The position numbers and the translations under genes are program-made. Of a stretch of 32,000 bases of DNA, positions 18,651-25,422 are shown piece by piece. The stretch lies in assembly GCF_000008665.1 (NCBI RefSeq), contig NC_000917.1:1350001-1382000 (forward strand). Direction: 5' to 3'. The notes below the pieces were generated by a model, which did no database searches, was not told where the DNA came from, and saw only the letters and a list, made by a program, of their open reading frames with translations. Numbering within the stretch: the stretch's first letter is position 1; the number at the start of each line of letters is the position of its first letter. The DNA is from Archaeoglobus fulgidus DSM 4304. Lineage in GTDB: Archaea > Halobacteriota > Archaeoglobi > Archaeoglobales > Archaeoglobaceae.

Positions 18651-19235
18651 TTAGGAAGAGTATGCTACTAGGTAGGTGTCTCCGTCGTCAGCAAGCTCCT
18701 GGGGAGCTACGTTGTATCCGTACCTCCAGCTCCATCCCGGATTCTGGTCGATGTCGGGCCCACCATTGGCCTTGTAAGCAGCCCAGATCAGCTCGCTGCA
18801 ATAGTAGCTTTTTCCGTAAACCTCCTTTCCTCCAACGTAGGTCAGCCACTTGTAGTCGTAGGGAAGGCCAACCTTCGTGAGGGCCCAGCTAACGGCCTTG
18901 GACTTTATATCATTGCTGGTCTTCACCCTGTAAACAGCAACCTCATCAGCATTTCTCGCCATGCTGACCGAAACAACCCTCACGCCATCCTTCCACGCCT
19001 CAACCATCTGACCGTTGCCTATGTACATCGCAGCGTGGTGCCAATGGCCGACGATGTTGCCAAACGTGTCCTCAAGCCATCCCGCACAGCCCCTGCAGAG
19101 CAGAATGTCGCCTGGCTGCAAAACACTCAAATCGAGGTTGTTACCGTCACCCGTCCAATCGCCGGGAATCAGCCCCATTGCAGGTGCTGCCGAAACCACC
19201 AACACCAACAGACCGAGCAGCAATTTCCGCATCAT
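18651..19235 (-). CDS. Secreted permuted NlpC/P60-superfamily (YiiX/YebB-like) hydrolase
   Basis: Sec-type signal peptide MMRKLLLGLLVLVVSAAPAMG; 'LQPGDILLCRG...GHWHHAAMYIGNGQMVEAW' (His) and late 'YYCSELIWAAYKANG' (Cys), i.e. permuted catalytic order. Confidence 0.75.
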   Translation of the reverse strand: MMRKLLLGLLVLVVSAAPAMGLIPGDWTGDGNNLDLSVLQPGDILLCRGCAGWLEDTFGNIVGHWHHAAMYIGNGQMVEAWKDGVRVVSVSMARNADEVAVYRVKTSNDIKSKAVSWALTKVGLPYDYKWLTYVGGKEVYGKSYYCSELIWAAYKANGGPDIDQNPGWSWRYGYNVAPQELADDGDTYLVAYSS

Positions 19236-19384
19236 GAATTTCCCGATAAATAATTACTATTTAAAGTTTTCCTTTCTTTTTTGATTGATTATTATACGAA
19301 TAAAACATGAGTTTTTATGCTTGCTTTTTTGGAAATTCCACAGAAGTAATTTTCCGGTAAGATTCAACAGCCAAGATACAACAG

Positions 19385-19466
19385 CGCCGGGGGTGGGATT
19401 CGAACCCACGCGGGCGAACGCCCACACGCTCTCCAGGCGTGCGCCTTACCGCTCGGCAACCCCGGC
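19385..19466 (-). tRNA. tRNA-Ser(GGA)
   Basis: Minus strand GCCGGGGTTGCCGAGCGGTAAGGCGCACGCCTGGAGAGCGTGTGGGCGTTCGCCCGCGTGGGTTCGAATCCCACCCCCGGCG: acceptor GCCGGGG/CCCCGGC, anticodon stem CACGC/GCGTG with loop CTGGAGA (GGA), long variable arm, T arm GTGGG-TTCGAAT-CCCAC, discriminator G; no encoded CCA. Confidence 0.97.
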
Positions 19467-19492
19467 CTAACGCCTCATAGCCGGGGCTGAAT

Positions 19493-19768
19493 TTAATATT
19501 TTGCTTGTCCCTCAACCTCAATCCTGAAGTAAAATTCAAACTGGTTTACCGAAATCTTCAGATTGGCGCCTCTGTTGCACGCGTAAACCTCCCACGGCTT
19601 TTCACCGCAACAGTAAACCTCCGGCGCTCTGTACCCTGTCTTTGAGTCGTGCACCGATAAAAGAATCCCATCACCGTACTTTGACGCTATGTTCTTTGCA
19701 TACCTCTCAGCCTCTTCCAGCGAAACCTCCTTCTGCAGGTTAACTTTAATCTCATCCATGATTTCCAC
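19493..19768 (-). CDS. Small conserved hypothetical protein (DUF5619-like)
   Basis: 91 aa, 'YGDGILLSVHDSKTGYRAPEVYCCGEKPWEVYACNRGANLKISVNQFEFYFRIEVEG'; compact alpha/beta, family assignment from memory. Confidence 0.6.
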   Translation of the reverse strand: MEIMDEIKVNLQKEVSLEEAERYAKNIASKYGDGILLSVHDSKTGYRAPEVYCCGEKPWEVYACNRGANLKISVNQFEFYFRIEVEGQAKY

Positions 19769-19827
19769 TTTGGCTTATAATATATAAAAGCCTTTTTCCG
19801 CTTTTATAAGTTTGAAAACCGGAAATC

Positions 19828-19848
19828 GCTTAAGAAAACTACTTAAGC
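19828..19848. repeat. Inverted repeat GCTTAAG-N7-CTTAAGC
   Basis: gcttaag (19828-19834), aaaacta spacer, cttaagc (19842-19848); perfect 7-bp arms between divergent genes. Confidence 0.85.
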
Positions 19849-19929
19849 AAAAAACTACTGTGGAGTTTATACTTTTAAAAAAAGGCGTTTTTAGCGAGAA
19901 ATAATCCCCAAACGACATAATCCCAAATA

Positions 19930-19968
19930 AAAAGCTTTATAAAAACAAACAGTCGAACATATGTTCGA
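19930..19968 (+). promoter_or_regulatory. Promoter of the histidine kinase gene with palindromic putative operator
   Basis: TATA-like 'agctttataaaa' at about 19932-19943, then perfect palindrome TCGAACATATGTTCGA at 19953-19968 ending on the A of ATG. Confidence 0.6.
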
Positions 19969-20984
19969 TGGAACTCTCAATGGACTGGAAAACAGTGGTT
20001 GACGAGGCTCCTGTCGCGATGATTATAATCAACAGTAGAGGGCAGGTGGTTTACGTTAACAAAGTCCTTCTTGAGCGAAGCGGGCTCAGCTTTGAGGAGG
20101 CTACCAAACACCCGGAAAAGTTTTTCCCGCCTGAAGACTTCGAGAAGCTTTTCCAATACGTTCTTGAAACTTTTCTTAAGAAAAGGAAGAATCCTGACCC
20201 GGCTATCACCATTCGAGGCTTGTCTGCTACCGAGGGAGAAGTCTGGCTGGAGGCGAGAGCGAGGTATGCGGAGATAGGGGGAGAGCCCTACTGCCTGCTC
20301 GCCTACACCGACGTTAACCAGAGGGTCAGGCTGCAGAAGCAGGTGGAATCGCTAAACGAGTATCTGAAGTTCCTGAACAGCATGCTCCGCCACGACATTC
20401 TGAACATCTTCACGAGGATGCAGGCCTACTGCGAACTCCTGGAGGAGGAGTTCAAGCCAGAGTATCTTGAGAAAATTAAGGAGAGCATCGAATCCGGAGT
20501 CAGGCTCATACACAAAATAAGAGAGCTTGAATCCTCAACCACTGAGGATAAGAAGTCCTACAGGCTTTCGGAGGTGATAAAGGAGGTCTCCAAGGGCTTC
20601 GACGTTAAAGTGAACTTGAAAGGGGATGCGGTAATCACGGCGAACGATGGGATTTACAGCGTATTCGAGAATCTGATCGGAAATGCCGTGAAGCACGGAG
20701 GAGCCACCGAAGTTAGCGTGGAGGTAAGGGATGAGGGAGACCACTGCGAGGTGATTTTCAGAGACAACGGCAGGGGCATACCTGAGGAAATCCGGGAGAA
20801 AGTTTTTGAGAAGGGCTTCACAACCGGCAGGGGAAGCGGACTTGGCCTGTACATCGTGAAGAAGCTGATAGAAAGCTATGGGGGAGACATAGAGCTTTTA
20901 GAGGGGAAGGGAGCGGCTTTCGTTATCAGGCTGCCTAAATCACAACCTTCAGGTCTGGATTCCTCAGAAAAACCTTCCCGTTAA
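19968..20984 (+). CDS. PAS-domain sensor histidine kinase, apparently cytoplasmic
   Basis: PAS 'APVAMIIINSRGQVVYVNKVLLERSGLSFEEA', phosphoacceptor region 'LRHDILNIFTRMQAYCELLEEE', HATPase 'VFENLIGNAVKHGG', 'VIFRDNGRGIPEE', 'GRGSGLGLYIVKKLIESYGGDI'. Confidence 0.93.
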   Translation: MELSMDWKTVVDEAPVAMIIINSRGQVVYVNKVLLERSGLSFEEATKHPEKFFPPEDFEKLFQYVLETFLKKRKNPDPAITIRGLSATEGEVWLEARARYAEIGGEPYCLLAYTDVNQRVRLQKQVESLNEYLKFLNSMLRHDILNIFTRMQAYCELLEEEFKPEYLEKIKESIESGVRLIHKIRELESSTTEDKKSYRLSEVIKEVSKGFDVKVNLKGDAVITANDGIYSVFENLIGNAVKHGGATEVSVEVRDEGDHCEVIFRDNGRGIPEEIREKVFEKGFTTGRGSGLGLYIVKKLIESYGGDIELLEGKGAAFVIRLPKSQPSGLDSSEKPSR

Positions 20985-21594
20985 GGTATTCAACCTGAAT
21001 CGACCTGAACTCGACGTTTTTAGACCGCTTTATCAGCCTGTAAAGCTCCTCATCCCCTTCTCTGTTGGGCATGAAGGCCCTCACTGATGGCAATGCCGCA
21101 ACGAACACAACCAAAGCTCTTGACCTCTTCCCTATCTCCTCAAGCAGCCTGAGGTGCTTTCTACCCCTTGCGGTGGGGCAGTCGGGGTACATCGCATAGA
21201 TTCCCTTCTTGAGGGCAGCACTTTTAAGCTCCACGTAGCTCTCTCCAATGCGGTAATCGATTATGGAGTTTCCAACTTTAACGTTTCTCCTAACCTCTCC
21301 ATCAAGCCAGCTTATTTTCGGAATGGCTACCTCAAAGGCTCTCATCTGAAGCTGTGTATCTATCAGAGCGTAACCGCCTTCGCAACTGACAGCAAAAAGC
21401 CTGTACGAGAGCTTTCCACCTCTTTTGGTCAAACATTTCCCCACATTACCCTCAAAAATGAGCTCCTTCAGCCTTCCCGTGTTGTTTATGTAAGCCCTTT
21501 CCCTCCTCCCATCCACCTCAACATCCACCACAAACCTGTTCACTCTGCCAATTATCCTGCAATCCACGGCGTTCTCAATCTCAAAAAGCTTCAT
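20935..21594 (-). CDS. sfsA: SfsA family protein
   Basis: 'GRVNRFVVDVEVDGRRERAYINNTGRLKELIFEGNVGKCL' and 'YPDCPTARGRKHLRLLEEIGKRSRALVVFVAALPSVRAFMPN'. Confidence 0.9.
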   Translation of the reverse strand: MKLFEIENAVDCRIIGRVNRFVVDVEVDGRRERAYINNTGRLKELIFEGNVGKCLTKRGGKLSYRLFAVSCEGGYALIDTQLQMRAFEVAIPKISWLDGEVRRNVKVGNSIIDYRIGESYVELKSAALKKGIYAMYPDCPTARGRKHLRLLEEIGKRSRALVVFVAALPSVRAFMPNREGDEELYRLIKRSKNVEFRSIQVEYLNGKVFLRNPDLKVVI

Positions 21595-22079
21595 ATCTCT
21601 TTTTCAAGCTCGAGGTAGTCCGCATCCCTCTCCGCTACCTTAAATCCCAGCCTCCTGTAGGTTTCAACGGCCCTTCTGTTTGTTCTCTCAGTTATGGCCT
21701 TTAGCTTCTTTATCCCCTTTTCCCTCAAGAACTTCGTGGCGAACCTTATCAGCTCACTGCCTATCCCCCTGTCCTCGTAGTCCTGATGCATGAAAATTGC
21801 AAACTCCGCCTCCTCGCCAACCGGAACGGCAGCAATGTGCCCTATAATTTTATCTCCCCTCTTCGCGATGAAGCCGTAGCCGTTCTCGTGCAAGCCGTCA
21901 ATCCAAACCTCTATTCCCTTCCTTGTGGCAGGCGGCAGTCCACAGCAGCGCCTATCAGGGCTGAACTCTTCGTACATCTTTATCAGGTTCTCCCTCTCCT
22001 CGGGAACGAAAATTGTGACGAATATTATTTCTCCTTCTTTGTCCTCATAAAACTCGGAGTAAAGGTTATCGTTAGCCAT
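21591..22079 (-). CDS. GNAT family N-acetyltransferase
   Basis: 'EEAEFAIFMHQDYEDRGIGSELIRFATKFLREKGIKKLKAITERTNRRAVETYRRLGFKVAERDADYLELE'. 4-nt overlap with sfsA. Confidence 0.88.
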   Translation of the reverse strand: MANDNLYSEFYEDKEGEIIFVTIFVPEERENLIKMYEEFSPDRRCCGLPPATRKGIEVWIDGLHENGYGFIAKRGDKIIGHIAAVPVGEEAEFAIFMHQDYEDRGIGSELIRFATKFLREKGIKKLKAITERTNRRAVETYRRLGFKVAERDADYLELEKEI

Positions 22080-22103
22080 GAGGAAACTCAGGACAAAAAA
22101 ATA

Positions 22104-22682
22104 TTAAGATTTTCCGAAGTGTTTTCTGAACACCTTGGGTATGTCTTCGGGCTTCTCCAAAATTGTCACGCCGTCCATCTGGGCGAGCTTTCTTACGTGC
22201 TCAACGTCCTCCTTCCTGACTCTCAGCCTCAAATCCCTGCCGTCGGGAAGCTTTGTAATCACCTCCCCCTCCTTGTAGTCGGAGGGCATTATGTAAAGCG
22301 GAACGTAGGCCTTCAGCCCCATTATCGCTGCGTTGGCGAGAAGTGAGTCAGCTATGCCCATCGCAATTTTCGCAACGGTGTTGGACGTTGCAGGAGCAAT
22401 TAGAAGGAACTCATACCTTCCAACCTGAATCTGACCGGCGAGGAAGGGAGTGTTTGCGTCTATTTCAACTCTAACAGCCCCGAAGTTCTCCTTCAGTGTG
22501 TCCATGAGCTTGTAGTATTTGACAACCTGGGCCCCTGCCTTTGACAGGTAAACTGCAATCTCAACGTCGGGAAACTCCTTTTTAACCTCAAGCATCACGT
22601 CAACAGTTTCCGGCAACCTGTCTCCGCTTCCAGTTATTCCCCACGCAACCCTCTTCTTTTTCTTCTCCTCCATTTCAAACAC
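22104..22682 (-). CDS. afpA: Archaeoflavoprotein AfpA / DmrB-like flavoprotein
   Basis: 'KKRVAWGITGSGDRLPETVDVM', 'LIAPATSNTVAKIAMGIADSLLANAAIMGLKAYVPLYIMPSD'; matches the FMN-binding archaeoflavoprotein family. Confidence 0.85.
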   Translation of the reverse strand: MFEMEEKKKKRVAWGITGSGDRLPETVDVMLEVKKEFPDVEIAVYLSKAGAQVVKYYKLMDTLKENFGAVRVEIDANTPFLAGQIQVGRYEFLLIAPATSNTVAKIAMGIADSLLANAAIMGLKAYVPLYIMPSDYKEGEVITKLPDGRDLRLRVRKEDVEHVRKLAQMDGVTILEKPEDIPKVFRKHFGKS

Positions 22683-23262
22683 CTTCCATCTTTTCTAACA
22701 TCTCAGCAAACCTCTTAACCGTCTTTCTGAGACTTCTAAAACCTTCCTCATCCTCTTTAACACCTTCAAGCGTGTCCCTGCTCCAGAAGGTTGCCCCGAT
22801 GTTTGCGCCGAAAGAGCCCCCGCTGACTGGAATAACTCCGTTGAGAATGTAAAAGGTTAAAATCTGCTGTATCGCCAGCTCCTGTCCTCCAATTCTGTCT
22901 CCCCCAACGGCTATGGCCATCCCAACCTTTCCCCGGAAAAAGTCGTAGTCCGCAGCCACCAAAGCCCTGCAGCGGTCCATTACAGCCTTAATCTGCGCAC
23001 TAACACCGCCGTTGTAGACGGGAGTGGCCATCACTATGCCCTTCGCATCTTTCAGCATCTCGTAAAGCTCAAACATGTCGTCCTTGATTCTGCACTCCTT
23101 ATGCTTCAGACAGTAATCGCAGTGCTGGCACGGGCTTATTTTCTTACCTCTGACGGTAAAAAATTTGGTTTCGAAGCCCCTTTCCTCGAGCATTTTCAGA
23201 GCTTCGCCGAGAACGAACTCCGTTGCTTTCCTGCGCGGGCTTCCGCTTATTCCTACAATCAT
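22675..23262 (-). CDS. Iron-sulfur flavoprotein (Isf), NADPH-dependent FMN reductase family
   Basis: 'MIVGISGSPRRKATEF', compact Cys motif 'CQHCDYCLKHKEC', 'GIVMATPVYNGGVSAQIKAVMDRCRAL'. 8-nt overlap with afpA. Confidence 0.92.
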   Translation of the reverse strand: MIVGISGSPRRKATEFVLGEALKMLEERGFETKFFTVRGKKISPCQHCDYCLKHKECRIKDDMFELYEMLKDAKGIVMATPVYNGGVSAQIKAVMDRCRALVAADYDFFRGKVGMAIAVGGDRIGGQELAIQQILTFYILNGVIPVSGGSFGANIGATFWSRDTLEGVKEDEEGFRSLRKTVKRFAEMLEKMEGV

Positions 23263-24428
23263 CGTGCCAGCTCCCTTCCTAACTCGAAAGCCTTCTGCAG
23301 CTCCTCTTCGGATGGCTTGAACTTCACCATGAACGGTTCGAGGGTCTCGAACTTGAGCTCCTCAAGCACCTTCTGAACTTCCTTGACCGCATTCCCGTTC
23401 CAGCCGTAGGAGCCGAAAGCCAGAGCTTTTTTATTTTGTGGCTTCAGGCCCTTAAGGTATGTGAGAAAGCCGGCAACTGTCGGGAACAGGCCGTTGTGGA
23501 TTGTGGGTGAGCCAACAGCAATTGCCTTGGCGTCGAGGATCTCGGTAACAATGTCAGTCCAGTAATCCTTCCTGATATGCATCACTCTGACGTCAGCCCC
23601 TTCACTTCCCGCCCCTTCGGCGATTGCCATCGCAAGCTTCTCCGTCGAGTGCCACATCGAATCGAAGACGATAACGACCTTGTTTGTTGGCTCGAATCTT
23701 GACCAGCGGTCGTAGGCTTCGATTATCCTTCCGGGATTTTTCCACACAACTCCATGACTTGGGGCGATTATGTCAATCTCAAGCCCCGACTCCTTTATCT
23801 CCTTCAGCTTCTTTTGAATCAGCCCTCCGAGGGGCATGAGAATGTTTGCGTAGTAAACTTTGGCCCACTTCAACGCTTCTTCAACTCCGATTTCCTCATC
23901 AAACCTGTATTCGCTTGCAACATGCTGCCCGAAGGCATCGTTTGACAGCAAGATTTTGTCCTCGTTTATGTACGTTGCCATGCTGTCAGGCCAGTGGAGC
24001 ATGGTCATGTCTATGAACGTTAAGGTCCTCTTTCCGATTTTCAGTGTGTCTCCTCCCTTGACAACCTGAATGTTCCAGCCGTCGCAGTCGTAGTACTTGC
24101 AGATTCCATCCTTTGCTCTCTGCGTGCAAACTACGGTTGCATCCTTCGCAATCCTCATCGTGTCCGGCAAACCGCTTGAGTGGTCCGGCTCAATGTGGTT
24201 AACGATGACGTAGTCTATCTGCGAAGGGTCCACAAGCTTTCTTATCCTTTCCATAGACTCTTTCACGAATTTGTGCTTTACCGTATCAACGAGAACCACC
24301 TTATCATCCACTATGAGGTAGGAGTTGTACGTCAGCCCCCTTGCCGTAACGAAGTTGTGAAAATCCCTCTCATCCCAATCGATTGCCCCCACCCAAAATA
24401 CGCCGTCTTTCAACTCAACAGGTTTCAT
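23259..24428 (-). CDS. fprA: Flavodiiron protein / F420H2 oxidase-type (FprA)
   Basis: 'VNHIEPDHSSGLPDTM', 'LHWPDSMATY', 'GVVWKNPGRIIEAYDRW', flavodoxin 'VVIVFDSMWHSTEKLAMAIAEG'. The native N-terminus is MKPVELKDGVFWVGAIDWDERDFH from ATG 24428. The ORF-track extension to 24725 is not homologous-looking. Confidence 0.93.
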   Translation of the reverse strand: MKPVELKDGVFWVGAIDWDERDFHNFVTARGLTYNSYLIVDDKVVLVDTVKHKFVKESMERIRKLVDPSQIDYVIVNHIEPDHSSGLPDTMRIAKDATVVCTQRAKDGICKYYDCDGWNIQVVKGGDTLKIGKRTLTFIDMTMLHWPDSMATYINEDKILLSNDAFGQHVASEYRFDEEIGVEEALKWAKVYYANILMPLGGLIQKKLKEIKESGLEIDIIAPSHGVVWKNPGRIIEAYDRWSRFEPTNKVVIVFDSMWHSTEKLAMAIAEGAGSEGADVRVMHIRKDYWTDIVTEILDAKAIAVGSPTIHNGLFPTVAGFLTYLKGLKPQNKKALAFGSYGWNGNAVKEVQKVLEELKFETLEPFMVKFKPSEEELQKAFELGRELAR

Positions 24429-24551
24429 ATGATTAACTTCATTCCCTCTCCTATAAAACTTTCTCTCGATTTTCGAATTTTTCAATTCCGAATGCAAAAT
24501 TAACCTTAAAAAGAATCGAAAAGATTTAAAGGAGTGCGGCTTAGGGCAGCC

Positions 24552-24737
24552 ATGTACCTCGAAGTTTGGGTCAACCATCTTGAGAGGGAGAAAGCCTTGG
24601 AGAAGCTGAAGGAAATTTGCGAGGAGGTGCACGAGGTTTTTTACGACTACGACTACATCGTCAGATACTCTGGCAGTGAAGAGGACTTGCTGAAAGTTGA
24701 AGGTGTGAAAAGGGTGAGGAGACACTACAACTGTTAG
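24552..24737 (+). CDS. Small hypothetical protein
   Basis: 61 aa MYLEVWVNHLEREKALEKLKEICEEVHEVFYDYDYIVRYSGSEEDLLKVEGVKRVRRHYNC; highly charged, alpha/beta-like, AGGG shortly before ATG. Ends 36 nt before the macrodomain start. Confidence 0.6.
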   Translation: MYLEVWVNHLEREKALEKLKEICEEVHEVFYDYDYIVRYSGSEEDLLKVEGVKRVRRHYNC

Positions 24738-24773
24738 CGAAAGACCTTTTTGATGGAACGGCGTACTTTAATC

Positions 24774-25352
24774 ATGGAGGTGCTTTTTGAGGCCAAGGTT
24801 GGGGACATCACTCTGAAGCTCGCTCAGGGGGACATCACCCAATACCCGGCAAAGGCAATTGTCAACGCGGCCAACAAGAGGCTGGAGCACGGCGGAGGGG
24901 TGGCTTATGCCATCGCAAAAGCGTGTGCAGGAGATGCCGGGCTCTACACGGAAATCAGCAAAAAGGCCATGAGAGAGCAGTTTGGAAGAGACTACATCGA
25001 CCACGGCGAGGTCGTTGTTACACCGGCCATGAACCTCGAGGAGAGGGGAATAAAGTACGTTTTCCACACCGTGGGGCCGATATGCAGCGGCATGTGGAGC
25101 GAAGAACTGAAAGAGAAGCTTTACAAGGCTTTTCTTGGCCCGCTGGAGAAGGCGGAGGAGATGGGCGTCGAATCCATAGCCTTCCCTGCTGTGAGCGCTG
25201 GGATATACGGCTGTGATCTGGAAAAGGTTGTTGAGACGTTCCTCGAAGCTGTGAAGAACTTCAAGGGTTCGGCTGTCAAGGAAGTCGCGCTTGTAATCTA
25301 CGACAGAAAGTCTGCGGAGGTGGCGCTGAAGGTCTTTGAGAGGAGTCTTTGA
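24774..25352 (+). CDS. Macrodomain ADP-ribose-binding protein (matches Af1521)
   Basis: MEVLFEAKVGDITLKLAQGDITQYPAKAIVNAANKRLEHGGGVAYAIAKACAGD...FPAVSAGIYGCDLEKVVETFLEAV; 192 aa from ATG 24774. Confidence 0.98.
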   Translation: MEVLFEAKVGDITLKLAQGDITQYPAKAIVNAANKRLEHGGGVAYAIAKACAGDAGLYTEISKKAMREQFGRDYIDHGEVVVTPAMNLEERGIKYVFHTVGPICSGMWSEELKEKLYKAFLGPLEKAEEMGVESIAFPAVSAGIYGCDLEKVVETFLEAVKNFKGSAVKEVALVIYDRKSAEVALKVFERSL

Positions 25353-25422
25353 TTATTTTTTCTTTTGGCTTTGGCCAGTTTCACCAGCATAGCTTTTTAA
25401 CCCTCCTTACCTAATATGCCCA

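Noticed and set aside
24429-24725. ORF-track N-terminal extension of FprA (MSPHPFHTFN...)
   Set aside because: The extension is low-complexity and non-homologous-looking; the canonical flavodiiron start MKPVELKDGVFWVGAIDWDE is at 24428, and the region overlaps a better small ORF on the plus strand and the promoter.
24774-25352. Macrodomain as part of a toxin-antitoxin system (DarTG-like)
   Set aside because: No DarT-like ADP-ribosyltransferase in the neighbourhood; the adjacent 61-aa ORF is too small to be one.
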